Shown here: positions 54,447 through 64,000 of the stretch, in pieces
How positions within the stretch are numbered: the stretch's first letter is position 1
How the letters are laid out: every line of letters begins with the position of its first letter
Assembly (NCBI GenBank): GCA_040772785.1
Contig: JAXGXM010000008.1
Location: 6,344 to 70,343 of the forward strand
Length of the DNA stretch: 64,000 bases
Source of the DNA: Anaerolineaceae bacterium
GTDB lineage: Bacteria > Chloroflexota > Anaerolineae > Anaerolineales > Anaerolineaceae
Direction of reading: 5' to 3'
Notes under the pieces: model-generated
Databases searched by the model: none
The model's input: only the letters and a program-made list of their open reading frames with translations
Told to the model about the DNA's origin: nothing
Position numbers and translations under genes: made by a program

Positions 54447-55472
54447 TTAATTGACAGCACCAGGTTGGGCTTCATCAATGGGTACACGGAACATACCGGC
54501 CTTGATGGCTTCTTCTTTGGCTGTTACAGCTTCGAGGATCTCAGCGGGGACTTTGCTGTCGTTGCCGTGGAATGGGGCAAGTGTGGCGCCGCCCAGGGCA
54601 TACATGCTGAAGTCTTTCAGGTCCATGGCGGTGAATGTGCCGGCTTTGACCTGCGCTACGACGTATTCAACGGTCGGGGTCATGTTCCAGACGGGTCCGG
54701 TAACAACCCACTCCGGTGCGATCTCGTTCTGATCGCTCATGTTGCCGAATACGAACACACCCTTTTCAGCGGCTGCTTCGATAACACCGGCGCGCTCAGC
54801 GTAGAGCACATCAGCACCAGCGCTAATGTGGGCAAGCGCCTGTTCCTTGGCGGTGGCGGGATCGAAGAAGGAGTTGATGAAGGAAACAAGCACGGTAACC
54901 TCAGGGTTGGTCTCTTTGGCGCCAGCGATGAAGGCGTTCACCAGACGGTTAACCTCGGGGATGGGGACCGCAGCCACAACACCGATGGTGTTGGTTTCGG
55001 TGAGACCACCAGCCAGCATACCGCAAAGGTAAGCGGGTTCGTGGATCCAGTTGTCGAAGACAGCCAGGTTCGGCGAGACAGGTCCGAGTTCTGAGCCAAA
55101 CGCGAAGGCGATATCGGGATAATCTGCCGCGACACGGCGAACGGCTTCTTCGTTCACAAAGGCATCGCCCATGATGAGGTCAGGTTTCTGTTGTTCAGCC
55201 ACTTCCCGTAGAACGCGTTCCATATCACCGGTGTAGCCAATATCCTCGGTGTAGGTGTATTCGATCAAACCGGCTTCCTTGGCTTTAAGCAGAGCGTCGT
55301 GAATCACACCATCCCACGGTTCTTCGATGGGGGTGGCGAACGCGCCGAAGACCTTTACCAAATCAGTTTCAGCTGGTTCTTCAGCTTCGCCCGCGCCGCC
55401 GGCACAACCGGCAAGCAAACCGGCGATCATCAGAACTGTAACAAAAAACGTAAATAGGGACTTTTTGGACAT
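54447..55472 (-). CDS. BMP family (Med/PnrA-like) ABC substrate-binding lipoprotein
   Basis: Lipobox LLAGCAG and BMP-like sequence (GDAFVNEEA, GVVAAVPIPEVNR). Confidence 0.8.
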   Translation of the reverse strand: MSKKSLFTFFVTVLMIAGLLAGCAGGAGEAEEPAETDLVKVFGAFATPIEEPWDGVIHDALLKAKEAGLIEYTYTEDIGYTGDMERVLREVAEQQKPDLIMGDAFVNEEAVRRVAADYPDIAFAFGSELGPVSPNLAVFDNWIHEPAYLCGMLAGGLTETNTIGVVAAVPIPEVNRLVNAFIAGAKETNPEVTVLVSFINSFFDPATAKEQALAHISAGADVLYAERAGVIEAAAEKGVFVFGNMSDQNEIAPEWVVTGPVWNMTPTVEYVVAQVKAGTFTAMDLKDFSMYALGGATLAPFHGNDSKVPAEILEAVTAKEEAIKAGMFRVPIDEAQPGAVN

Positions 55473-55605
55473 TTTCTCTCCTTCTGAATATATGTAAATG
55501 GATACGTTACTGCCTGAGCTGGTTGATTTTGATGAATTTGGTTAGGGAACACCTCCTTTATATTAAATCAATATCATAGCATAAATCTTTTTCAGTTCAA
55601 GAGGC

Positions 55606-56847
55606 TTAAGAATTCTCAGCAAGGATCTGTTCCATCTTTTGCTGATCGATCAGTTCTCCGTGGCTGATCACGTAACGCGGTTTCTCGTGGAAGCGCAAAG
55701 CTTCGAGTACATTGGGCTGATCGAGCACAACCAGGTTGGCTGGCGCGCCTTCTTTGATCTCAAAATCCTTCAACCCGATCGCGCGCGCAGCGTTCTTCGT
55801 GACCATGTCGTACAGGGTTTCCATGTCATCGCGGGTGGTGAACCACAGCAGGTGAGAGTTCAGGAAAGCCACCTCGAGCATGTTGTTGCGCCCGTAGGGG
55901 TAGTAGGCGTCGGAGATGTCATCCTGACCCAAACATACAAGCACGTCCTCTTCGAGGAGCTCGCGCACGCGCGCGTGCAGCGGGCCGGTGTGGGGGTCGC
56001 TGACCACTCCCATCTGCGCTTTCTTGAGGATCGCCGCGAGTTTCTGCAGGTAGGGCTTGGGGTACATTGACATTGCGCGGGCGTGGTGGGCGAGCGAACG
56101 TCCCTGCCATCCGGTGCGGATGGTTTCAATCGCCATCACTTCCAGCGAGCGCAGACCGTTATCGCCAGCGTCATCCACCAGCATTGAAACGGGTTTGTCG
56201 TATTCTTTCGCCATCTGGAAGCAGATGCGCACGTGTTCAGCAATATCGGCATCGGTGTATTCGATCCAGGGAATACCGCCTACTACATCAGCTCCCAGGT
56301 CCATTGCCTGCCGCATCAGATCTTCAGCGCCGGGTTCGCGCACCAGTCCGTCCTGGGCGAATGCCACTACCTGGATATCGACGATGCCCTTGAATTCCTC
56401 GCGGGCGCGAATCAGGGCTTTTAGACCCTCAAGCTTGCCTTTTGAATCCACATCAGCGAATGCGCGAATGTGCGTGCAGCCGTAGCGTCCGGCAAGGGCG
56501 CAGGCTTTGCGCACATTTTTGATGATCCATTTTTCATCGTATTGCTCTTTTATTTTGGCAGCCAGCTCGATCGCGGTCATGGCTTTGCCCATGTCTGCGC
56601 CGTGATAATCTTTCAACGCGGCTTCATCCATCATCATAAGCGTGTATACCTTGCACAGGTGAAGATGCGTGTTGACGAAGGATTCGGTCACCAGGTTGCC
56701 GCCAGCGTCCAATTCGGTGGTCGCTTTGCTTTGAATTCCAGCCGCGATCTTTGCGATCTTACCGTCTTTGATGGCAACATCAAATTTGGCTTTTGGATCG
56801 TTGCGGAGTACAGCATTTCGAATGATCAGGTCGTAGTCTTGGTTCAT
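55606..56847 (-). CDS. Amidohydrolase superfamily, cytosine deaminase-like
   Basis: The metal motif FVNTHLHL (HxH). Length and layout resemble CodA/AtzC-type deaminases. Confidence 0.7.
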   Translation of the reverse strand: MNQDYDLIIRNAVLRNDPKAKFDVAIKDGKIAKIAAGIQSKATTELDAGGNLVTESFVNTHLHLCKVYTLMMMDEAALKDYHGADMGKAMTAIELAAKIKEQYDEKWIIKNVRKACALAGRYGCTHIRAFADVDSKGKLEGLKALIRAREEFKGIVDIQVVAFAQDGLVREPGAEDLMRQAMDLGADVVGGIPWIEYTDADIAEHVRICFQMAKEYDKPVSMLVDDAGDNGLRSLEVMAIETIRTGWQGRSLAHHARAMSMYPKPYLQKLAAILKKAQMGVVSDPHTGPLHARVRELLEEDVLVCLGQDDISDAYYPYGRNNMLEVAFLNSHLLWFTTRDDMETLYDMVTKNAARAIGLKDFEIKEGAPANLVVLDQPNVLEALRFHEKPRYVISHGELIDQQKMEQILAENS

Positions 56848-56916
56848 ATTCCTCCAATCATAATTTTAAAGATATGCCGGATGTCCCCATCCGGCATGTA
56901 GTGTATTTTTTCCTGT

Positions 56917-59274
56917 CTACTTCACGATTCCAGCGTCGGCCATTGCCAGGAACACCTTTTCTGGCAGGTATGGCGGACCCTGCAGACGGACACCTGTTGC
57001 GTCGTAAATGGCGTTGCCAAGGTCGGCAATGGTGGCGACCATGGGATGCTCGCCAACACCGCGCGCTCCCCAGGGACCGTCATCCTGCGGAACTTCGACC
57101 AGGATTGGTGTAAATTTGAAGTCGACATCCGCAGAGGTGGCAATGCGGTAATCCACAAAGCTGGGGTTGGTCATCACGCCGTCGCGTAAGCGAATCTCTT
57201 CGAATAACGCGGAGCTCAATCCCTGTACAAAACCGCCTTCGATCTGCGCTTTTGCGAGTTCGGGGTTGATTGCCTTCCCCAGGTCGAACGCTGAAGCTGC
57301 TTTGACCACGTGGATGCGGCCGGTTTCCTTTTCGATCTCGATGTCGATCCCTTCACAGCCAACGGTGTAGTGAACCACTGCACGAGCGCCCTGACCGGTT
57401 TCAGCATCAAGGTTGGTGACGTATTTGGGCATAAAGGAACCGCGTCCAACGATCGGACCACCCATCCAGCCTTCGTCATTCGGTTTTGGCATACCATAGA
57501 TCACTATATTTTCGAGCGGGGTTTCCTTTTCGCTCTTGTAGGAGATCACCATTCCGTCCACGATGTCGAGGTCTTCAGGGGTTTCCTGCCAGGCTTCAGC
57601 AACAACATCCAGGATTTGATTGCGCGCATCGAGCGCAGCCAGGCGCACCGCGTTACCCATGCTCCATGTAAGGCGGCTTGCAACTGTCTGCCACTCGTAG
57701 GGGCTGTATTGCGTATCAACCGGACCTGCAATGCGCACATCTTCGTATTTAATACCGAGTGCTTCAGCGGCTATTTGCGCCATCGCGGTAAATGTACCCT
57801 GACCGATTTCCTGTCCGCCGAGACCGACGGTAGCTTTCCCATCTTCTGAGAGCTCGATCCACGCGCTGGATCCGGGGTTGGGGGGCATTGCGGGGGCTTT
57901 CCACATAATTGCGATGCCCTTGCCGCGCAGGCGGTCTGGTGAGGTTGGTTTTTCCTTTTTCGAGAACTCGATCGCTTCAGCTACGCCGTCGATGCATTGC
58001 TGGATGCCATTTGCGTGCATGGTCATTCCGGTGCAGAGGATGTCACCTTCAGCGATGGCGTTTTGCTTGAGGAAGGTTATCTTGTCGATACCGGCTTTTT
58101 CAGCCAGCTCATCGACTGCCTGGTCGATACCGGTGTGCAGCTCTGACATGCCAAAACCGCGGTAGGCACCGCCGATGGGGTGGTTGGTGTAGACGCAAAT
58201 ACTGTCGGTTTCAACATTGGGAATGTCGAACGGCCCAGTGCTGGAATAGCCGGCGGCACGAGTGATATTTGATCCGTACTCGTTGGAGGCGCCAGCGTCC
58301 CAGTACATGGTGTTCTTGAGCGCGAGAATGTTGCCGTCTTTGTCGCAGCCGATCTTGACATGGATGACCAGACCCTGGCGGACAAAGTTGGTGTAGAACT
58401 CTTCCTCACGGGTGAGCGTGAATTTCACCGGCCAGCCTTTGGTCTTTGTTGCCAAAGCGACAGGCAGCGCTTCCATGGTAACGCCGGCTTTGGAACCAAA
58501 ACCGCCGCCCACCAGGGGCGCGATCACGCGCAGATCGCTCTGTGACATGTGCAGGGCTTTCGCGATGAGGTTACGCTGGGCAAAAGGAGATTGTGAGGAT
58601 GCCCAAAGGGTGATTTTCCCTTTCTCGTCCATTTGCGCCACGGCGATATGGGTTTCAATAGGAACGTGCTGGACGTGAGGAATCTTGAATGTGCGGTCGA
58701 CGATGTGGGCACATTGTTTCCACGCAGCTTCTACATCACCCTTGCGAACTTTGAAATGATTAGAGATGTTCGTACCCGGCTTGGGGAACAGAAAATTAGG
58801 GCATTCATATTCGCCCAACTGGGGGTGGATGATAGGGGCTTCGTCTGAAACGCCAAATTCGGGGTCAAAGACAGCTTCCAGAGGTTCATATTCAACTTCC
58901 ACCAGCTCGCAGGCTTTCATGGCGACCTCTTCGCTTATTGCTGCCACTGCTGCCACTGGCTCTCCGATATAACGTACGCGATCTGTCGCGAGGATGGTCT
59001 TGTCTTTAATGTAGAGCCCCATGCGTTCCGGAAAATCCTTGCCGGTGATCACTGCTTTGACGCCGGGATACTTTTCAGCTTTACTGGTGTCGATGCTCTT
59101 GATCAGGGCGTGAGGGTATGGGCTGCGCACAGCCCGACCGTACAGCAGTTTATTGCCAAACTGGATATCATCCAGGTAAACTGCTGACCCGGTCACTTTT
59201 TCAATTATGTCGATACGCGGTACACTCGTACCAACAACTTTGGTTTTCTTGTCTTTTGGTTTCACGTTTGCCAT
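56917..59274 (-). CDS. Xanthine dehydrogenase family molybdopterin-binding large subunit
   Basis: 785 aa with VGGGFGSK and Ald_Xan_dh-type sequence. It lies in an operon with the 2Fe-2S and FAD subunits. Confidence 0.9.
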   Translation of the reverse strand: MANVKPKDKKTKVVGTSVPRIDIIEKVTGSAVYLDDIQFGNKLLYGRAVRSPYPHALIKSIDTSKAEKYPGVKAVITGKDFPERMGLYIKDKTILATDRVRYIGEPVAAVAAISEEVAMKACELVEVEYEPLEAVFDPEFGVSDEAPIIHPQLGEYECPNFLFPKPGTNISNHFKVRKGDVEAAWKQCAHIVDRTFKIPHVQHVPIETHIAVAQMDEKGKITLWASSQSPFAQRNLIAKALHMSQSDLRVIAPLVGGGFGSKAGVTMEALPVALATKTKGWPVKFTLTREEEFYTNFVRQGLVIHVKIGCDKDGNILALKNTMYWDAGASNEYGSNITRAAGYSSTGPFDIPNVETDSICVYTNHPIGGAYRGFGMSELHTGIDQAVDELAEKAGIDKITFLKQNAIAEGDILCTGMTMHANGIQQCIDGVAEAIEFSKKEKPTSPDRLRGKGIAIMWKAPAMPPNPGSSAWIELSEDGKATVGLGGQEIGQGTFTAMAQIAAEALGIKYEDVRIAGPVDTQYSPYEWQTVASRLTWSMGNAVRLAALDARNQILDVVAEAWQETPEDLDIVDGMVISYKSEKETPLENIVIYGMPKPNDEGWMGGPIVGRGSFMPKYVTNLDAETGQGARAVVHYTVGCEGIDIEIEKETGRIHVVKAASAFDLGKAINPELAKAQIEGGFVQGLSSALFEEIRLRDGVMTNPSFVDYRIATSADVDFKFTPILVEVPQDDGPWGARGVGEHPMVATIADLGNAIYDATGVRLQGPPYLPEKVFLAMADAGIVK

Positions 59275-59332
59275 GTTTCGGCTCCTTTTAGGATTGCTGT
59301 TAGAAATGAACGATCACTGTGCGTGAAGTCTA

Positions 59333-59794
59333 TTAGTTAGATGCTTCTTTAACAGCTTCCACGATTCTGAAGTAGCCTGTGCAGCGGCACAGGTTGCCGA
59401 CAAGGGCTTCCCTGATCTCTTGCTCGGTGGGATGCGGGTTACGCTTCAGAAGGGCTGTGGCGGAGATCAACATACCGGGGGTGCAGAAACCGCACTGGAC
59501 ACCACCTGATTTGATGATGGCTTCCTGCAGTTTGGTGAGTTTGCCTTCTTTAGCCAGGCCTTCAACTGTGACGATATTCGCGCCTTCACATTCCGCAGCG
59601 AGTACCATGCAGCTGTTCACTGGTTCATCATTCATCAATACTGTGCAGGCGCCGCATTCACCGGCTGAACAACCGTTCTTCGTGCCGGTGAGAGAAAGTT
59701 TTTCGCGCAGCATCGTAAGCAGGGTCATATGATGCGGAACATCAACTGTTTCCTGTACGCCGTTGACGGTGAGCGTTATTCTTGAATAAGACAT
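59333..59794 (-). CDS. (2Fe-2S)-binding small subunit (CoxS/XdhC-iron-sulfur type)
   Basis: CSAGECGACTV and CGFCTPG...CRCTGY cluster motifs. Confidence 0.9.
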   Translation of the reverse strand: MSYSRITLTVNGVQETVDVPHHMTLLTMLREKLSLTGTKNGCSAGECGACTVLMNDEPVNSCMVLAAECEGANIVTVEGLAKEGKLTKLQEAIIKSGGVQCGFCTPGMLISATALLKRNPHPTEQEIREALVGNLCRCTGYFRIVEAVKEASN

Positions 59795-59826
59795 TTATTC
59801 CTCCTGTAATGAACAAATAGCCGGGG

Positions 59827-60720
59827 CTATTTGCCTAATTTTGCCCACACTTCTGTGAGTGCTTCGCGGGTTAAGTTGCGTACCATCAATTTGCGGTACC
59901 GGGCTGAACCACGCACATCATCAATGGGTGTAACGGCGTCCATGGCGGTTTCCGCAGCCAGCGCGAGCGTTTCGGGTGTAATTGGTTTCTCAGCAAGAAT
60001 GGCTTCGGCTTTGAGTGCTTCCATGGGGGTTGGTGCAACTGAAGCCAGGGCAATTCTGAAGGTATATCCTGACGGTGATTTTGAGTTGGGATATCCCATT
60101 ACAGCAACTCCCACGATGGAGAGGTCGCTGATCTTGTTTCGTCCAAGTTTTTTGTATACCCCCACCATACCTGCAGGCGGGGTGGGCAGGGTGATGGAAA
60201 TGACAACATCACCAGCATTGAGCACCGTCCGGCCTGGTCCGAGGAAAAATGAACTCAGGGGGATTGAGCGTTTTCCATTGACGCCCTCTACATTAAGTAC
60301 GCCATCGAGCACAAGACACGTACCGATAGTGTCACCGGCGGGGGAGGCATTGCATATGTTGCCGATGATCGTTGCGCGATTGCGTAACTGGTAGCTTGCC
60401 ACTGAATCGGCTGCCTGAACAAGAATGGGGTAGTACTTTATTACATCAGGGTGTTTGGCAACCTGGTTCATCGTCACCGCAGCGCCGATGGTGAGGCCTT
60501 TTTTGGGGTCGAATGAGAGTTCTTTCGTTCCATCAAGCCCCTTGATATCAACGAGGTAATCAAGTTTCAATACCCCGTCGCGCAGCCTAACGAAACTATC
60601 AGTTCCGCCTGAGAAGGGTTTTGCTTTTCCTTCATGTTCAGCGAGGAACGCGCAGGCTTCGGATAGACTGGCGGGTTTTACATACTCTAGCTCTGGAAGT
60701 CCTGGATGAGGATTGATCAT
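59827..60720 (-). CDS. FAD-binding medium subunit (CoxM-like)
   Basis: GGTDSFVRL, TIGNICNASPAGD and a C-terminal CO-dehydrogenase flavoprotein domain. Confidence 0.85.
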   Translation of the reverse strand: MINPHPGLPELEYVKPASLSEACAFLAEHEGKAKPFSGGTDSFVRLRDGVLKLDYLVDIKGLDGTKELSFDPKKGLTIGAAVTMNQVAKHPDVIKYYPILVQAADSVASYQLRNRATIIGNICNASPAGDTIGTCLVLDGVLNVEGVNGKRSIPLSSFFLGPGRTVLNAGDVVISITLPTPPAGMVGVYKKLGRNKISDLSIVGVAVMGYPNSKSPSGYTFRIALASVAPTPMEALKAEAILAEKPITPETLALAAETAMDAVTPIDDVRGSARYRKLMVRNLTREALTEVWAKLGK

Positions 60721-61164
60721 GGTATGTCCTGTCTTTCTTAGATTTTGGTTTCACGTAATTTGCTTTGTCACTTTTATTCCGCAAGTTATGATACGGCGGG
60801 TTCAAGTGAAAACTTAAAAGGTGTTTCCCTGCAATTTTGATTGGGGAATTTTGATCGGCAGTCACCTCGCTTTCTAGACCTTCTAGAATATAAACATCAC
60901 GTCATTTTGGTAATGGCGGATGAACTTGCTGGTGTTTTGCGATGAAATTTCGCTATTAAGATGATAGCATTAAAAAAAATCACTGACAAGAAAATTGTAG
61001 CGCTTGTCAGACAAAACAGGATAAATGTAATGCCGGGTAAGAATGAGTACGCTTGAATTATCAGCGTGGATCAACAATATATCTCAGGACACTCCTGAAA
61101 TGGATTCGGTTTTTCTATAATAATATATTGATTGGAATTATCTGTTCTCAAAAAGGATGAAAAA

Positions 61165-62022
61165 ATGACAAACCAGGTTGCCATAATCACTGATAGCACC
61201 AATGATCTACCCGCTGATCTGCGTGACAAATACCGCATCCGCATCGTACCGTTGACGATCGTGTGGGGGGATAAACAATACCTTGATGGAATTGAGATAA
61301 CCCCTGAAGAATTCTATGAGCGGCTGGGGAAAATACCTTTCCATCCCACCACATCACAGCCGACCCCGCAGGATTTTACCGATGCTTACGAAGAAGCGCT
61401 CAATGCCGGTGCTGATGAGATCCTGGTGATCACAATCAGCGGGGCGATGAGCGGGACGATCGAATCTGCCAGGGCAGCAGCGGAAGGGTTTCGCGCACCA
61501 GTGAAGGTGCTGGATTCCAAATCCAATTCCATGAGCCTCGGTTGGCAGCTGCTGGCTGCCGCGCGGGTGCGCGAAGCTGGTGGTAGTTTAGAGGAGATGG
61601 CAAAGGCTGCCGAAGCAGTAAGAGGACGCCTGCATTACCACATAGTGTTGGATACACTTGAGTACCTGGTAAAAGGAGGGCGGATCGCGGGGGCGGCGAA
61701 ATTTATCGGCAATGTATTGAATATCAAGCCTCAGATCCGTGTGAACCATGAGAGCGGCACGGTGGAGGCAGGGGATGTATCACGCACGCGCGCACGCGCG
61801 TTGGAAACCTTGTATTCGAGTTTCCTTAAAAAAGTGGACGCATCCAAACCATTGCGCATCGCTGTGCTGCACAATGCGGCTTATGATGATGCCAAAGCGT
61901 TGGCGGATAGGATTACGGCTGAGTTAGAACCAGTCGAGTTGATTATCGGTATCGTTTCTCCGGTGCTGGGGGCGCACACGGGACCGCGCGCGGTGGCACT
62001 CTGCGGCTATTCTGAAGATTGA
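61165..62022 (+). CDS. DegV family fatty-acid-binding protein
   Basis: VAIITDSTNDLP, ISGAMSGT and an overall DegV pattern. The ATG at 61165 follows AAGGA. Confidence 0.85.
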   Translation: MTNQVAIITDSTNDLPADLRDKYRIRIVPLTIVWGDKQYLDGIEITPEEFYERLGKIPFHPTTSQPTPQDFTDAYEEALNAGADEILVITISGAMSGTIESARAAAEGFRAPVKVLDSKSNSMSLGWQLLAAARVREAGGSLEEMAKAAEAVRGRLHYHIVLDTLEYLVKGGRIAGAAKFIGNVLNIKPQIRVNHESGTVEAGDVSRTRARALETLYSSFLKKVDASKPLRIAVLHNAAYDDAKALADRITAELEPVELIIGIVSPVLGAHTGPRAVALCGYSED

Positions 62023-62151
62023 CAATATCAAAATTTTAAGTTTTATAAAAAGGTATGTGCTTGCCTTTTATATTTAATTGGGATATCATTAATAATGCGT
62101 TTTGAGTTATAAACGCAAAATCGTTTAGTCAAACCCAAAGGAGGAAGAAAA

Positions 62152-63039
62152 GTGAAAAGGTCATTGTTTGTAGTGCTTTCCCTGTTGTTGGTCGCAACCC
62201 TGGTGTTAACCGGTTGTGCCAAAGAAGCCAAGCTCGGGACGGAAGAAAATCCCATTCAGTGGGTATTTGTTCCTTCCGGCGAGATGGAAGATGTCTCTGC
62301 GGGCGCGGACGCTGTTGCCGACCTTATCTTTAAGGAAACCGGCCTGGTCGTCGAAACTTTCGTGGCGACTGACTATACCGCTGCCATTGAAGCGTTGTGC
62401 TCCGGTCAGGCCCAGATGGGATCACTGGCGACCTTCGCTGCCATCACCGCTGCTGACCGTGGTTGCGCTTTCCCCGAACTGGTCGCCACCCGCTACGGCG
62501 CCCCGTTCTACACCGGTCAGATCATCGCCGGTGTTGATAGCGGCATTACCTCGGTTGCTGACCTGGCAGGAACCACCTTCTGCGCAACTGATGAAACCAG
62601 TACCAGCGGTTGGATCATCCCCAGCATCATGATGAAAGCCGCAGGCGTCAATCCTGATACTGATGTGGACGTAATCTTCGCTGGTGCCCATGACTCTGCT
62701 GTGATGGGTGTCTACAATGGCGACTGCGATGCCGGTGCCAGTTATGTTGATGCGCGCGCTGGTGTAGAGGATGAGTATCCTGATGTCATGGATAAAGTCG
62801 TCCAGGTCGAGATCTCAATGGAGATCCCCAACGATGGTGTGCAGTTCATGAAAGACTTCCCAGCTGAAGAGAAGCAGGCTATCATTGATGCGTTGTTAGC
62901 CATCATGGAAACTGAAGAAGGACAGCTTGCCATGGATACCGCTTACGAGTGGGACGGTCTCGAAATTCATGACAACACTTTCTACGATCCCTTCCGCCAA
63001 CTGCTTGATGCTGCCGGGGTTACAGCAGAAGACCTGTAA
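62152..63039 (+). CDS. phnD: Phosphonate/phosphite ABC transporter substrate-binding lipoprotein
   Basis: Lipobox LTGCAK and a PhnD-like core (VFVPSGE, YTAAIEAL, TSTSGW). GTG start after AAAGGAGGA. Confidence 0.7.
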   Translation: MKRSLFVVLSLLLVATLVLTGCAKEAKLGTEENPIQWVFVPSGEMEDVSAGADAVADLIFKETGLVVETFVATDYTAAIEALCSGQAQMGSLATFAAITAADRGCAFPELVATRYGAPFYTGQIIAGVDSGITSVADLAGTTFCATDETSTSGWIIPSIMMKAAGVNPDTDVDVIFAGAHDSAVMGVYNGDCDAGASYVDARAGVEDEYPDVMDKVVQVEISMEIPNDGVQFMKDFPAEEKQAIIDALLAIMETEEGQLAMDTAYEWDGLEIHDNTFYDPFRQLLDAAGVTAEDL

Positions 63040-63069
63040 AAAATCGTTTTACCAAGCAACTAACCTTCT

Positions 63070-63096
63070 AGACGGGGGGCTTAATGTCCCCCGTCT
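63070..63096 (+). terminator. Intercistronic stem-loop after phnD
   Basis: AGACGGGGG, a 9-nt loop, then CCCCCGTCT. No strong T-run follows, so it is probably an attenuator or stabiliser rather than a full terminator. Confidence 0.4.
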
Positions 63097-63116
63097 TGAC
63101 AATTGGAGGGAATCTT

Positions 63117-63920
63117 ATGCTCGAAATTCGCCACTTGACGAAAGTATATGATGATGGAACGGTGGCACTGCGCGATGTCAGCTTTAGTGTTCCAGAAGGT
63201 GAGTTCCTGGTTGTCATCGGTTTGAGCGGCTCGGGTAAATCGACGCTTTTAAGATGCATTAACCGTCTCATCGATCCCACCGAGGGAGAGATCCTCTGGG
63301 ATGGCGTTGATCTGGCTAAACTGAAAGGAGATGACCTTCGTGTTGTGCGCCGGAAGATCGGTATGGTTTTCCAGCAATTCAACCTTGTCAAAAGGTCTTC
63401 TGTTCTGACCAATGTGATGGCAGGCAGGCTTGGCTACACTCCGACATGGCGCAGTCTCTCCGGCCAGTTTTCTCAAGAAGATCAGCAACGTGCAATCAAC
63501 GCGCTCGAGAGGCTGGGACTCACTGATCAGACCAACAAACGCGCGGATGAGTTGAGCGGTGGGCAGCAGCAGAGAGTGGGTATTGCCAGAGCCCTCATGC
63601 AGGAACCAAAAATAATCCTGGCGGATGAGCCTGTTGCGAGCCTTGATCCTGTATTAGCCCATTCCATTCTCCAGCACCTTGAGCGTTTAAATAAGGAAGA
63701 TGAAATGACGATCATCTGCAGCCTGCACTATCTTGACCTTGTGCAGCGTTACAGCACAAGCGTGATCGGATTGCGGGATGGCAGACTGGTCTATGAAGGA
63801 TCTGGTGAGGATATTCGAAAGATCACGGATGCGCAATTCAAATCCATTTATGGAGAAGAAGCCGAAAGAATGGGCGGTCTTGTTGGTGAACTCGCCACAG
63901 AAAATGAAGGTGTCGCATGA
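63117..63920 (+). CDS. phnC: Phosphonate ABC transporter ATP-binding protein
   Basis: GLSGSGKST, LSGGQQQR and ILADEP. The ATG at 63117 follows GGAGGG. Confidence 0.85.
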   Translation: MLEIRHLTKVYDDGTVALRDVSFSVPEGEFLVVIGLSGSGKSTLLRCINRLIDPTEGEILWDGVDLAKLKGDDLRVVRRKIGMVFQQFNLVKRSSVLTNVMAGRLGYTPTWRSLSGQFSQEDQQRAINALERLGLTDQTNKRADELSGGQQQRVGIARALMQEPKIILADEPVASLDPVLAHSILQHLERLNKEDEMTIICSLHYLDLVQRYSTSVIGLRDGRLVYEGSGEDIRKITDAQFKSIYGEEAERMGGLVGELATENEGVA

Positions 63921-64000
63921 GAACTCGAAAATCTGATTCCGAGATTAAACCAAGCCTGGTTTCCCCGATTGTTGCAGCTTTGATTTCGGTTGTCTTACCC
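63917..64000 (+). CDS. phnE: Partial CDS, probable phosphonate ABC permease
   Basis: ATGA overlap with the phnC stop. The translation MRTRKSDSEIKPSLVSPIVAALISVVL begins a TM helix. The call rests on position only. Confidence 0.5.
   Translation, partial: MRTRKSDSEIKPSLVSPIVAALISVVLP

Noticed and set aside
60721-60900. Purine/xanthine riboswitch in the leader of the XDH-family operon
   Set aside because: Reading the minus-strand leader, I could not find the conserved purine-riboswitch loops or junction, or any other fold I recognise. This needs an Infernal scan to be definitive.

Overview
The 64 kb window is bacterial, gene-dense and mostly transcribed on the minus strand. The gene content suggests a monoderm Chloroflexota/Anaerolineae-like genome: DUF4388 with a small GTPase, GT-C membrane proteins, and no outer-membrane export genes. 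That taxonomic guess is low confidence. All family calls come from reading the supplied translations for motifs; no database search was possible.

Layout:
1. 1-9.5 kb holds small signalling and nucleic-acid genes. These are a pseudo-receiver fused to a degenerate IS200-like domain, a zinc-ribbon protein, a DUF1232 protein, a 2H phosphoesterase, a 442-aa protein with a Pol-beta nucleotidyltransferase-like motif, a DEDDh exonuclease, and a small GTPase with DUF4388.
2. 9.5-10.7 kb holds kbl.
3. 10.7-41.9 kb is a roughly 31 kb cell-surface glycan island. It contains three CMP-sugar cytidylyltransferases, two NeuB-type synthases, a PseB-like dehydratase, a KdsC-like phosphatase fusion, about 11 GT-A/GT-B glycosyltransferases (including two tentative calls) plus two GT-C-like membrane proteins, a DUF115/Maf-like protein, two KpsC/KpsS-like proteins, a MoaD/ThiS-like GG protein, a Wzm/Wzt exporter, fcl and a MarR-type regulator.
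4. 42.0-42.66 kb is a tandem array of a 136-bp unit. Each unit carries an extended -10 promoter and an interrupted 5' half of a tRNA. The array ends in an intact tRNA-Met(CAU).
5. A polytopic membrane protein and tRNA-Phe follow.
6. 44.4-60.7 kb is a catabolic and energy region. It holds DUF2877, a cyclase-family protein, a Na+-pumping methylmalonyl-CoA decarboxylase operon, a BMP-family nucleoside-type ABC importer, a cytosine-deaminase-like amidohydrolase and a three-subunit xanthine-dehydrogenase-family enzyme.
7. The window ends with DegV and the start of a phnDCE transporter.

The most unusual items are the tRNA-derived tandem array, the nucleotidyltransferase-like / 2H-phosphoesterase / DUF1232 / exonuclease neighbourhood, the receiver-dead-TnpA fusion, and the non-canonical nonulosonic-acid content of the glycan island with its embedded ubiquitin-like GG protein.
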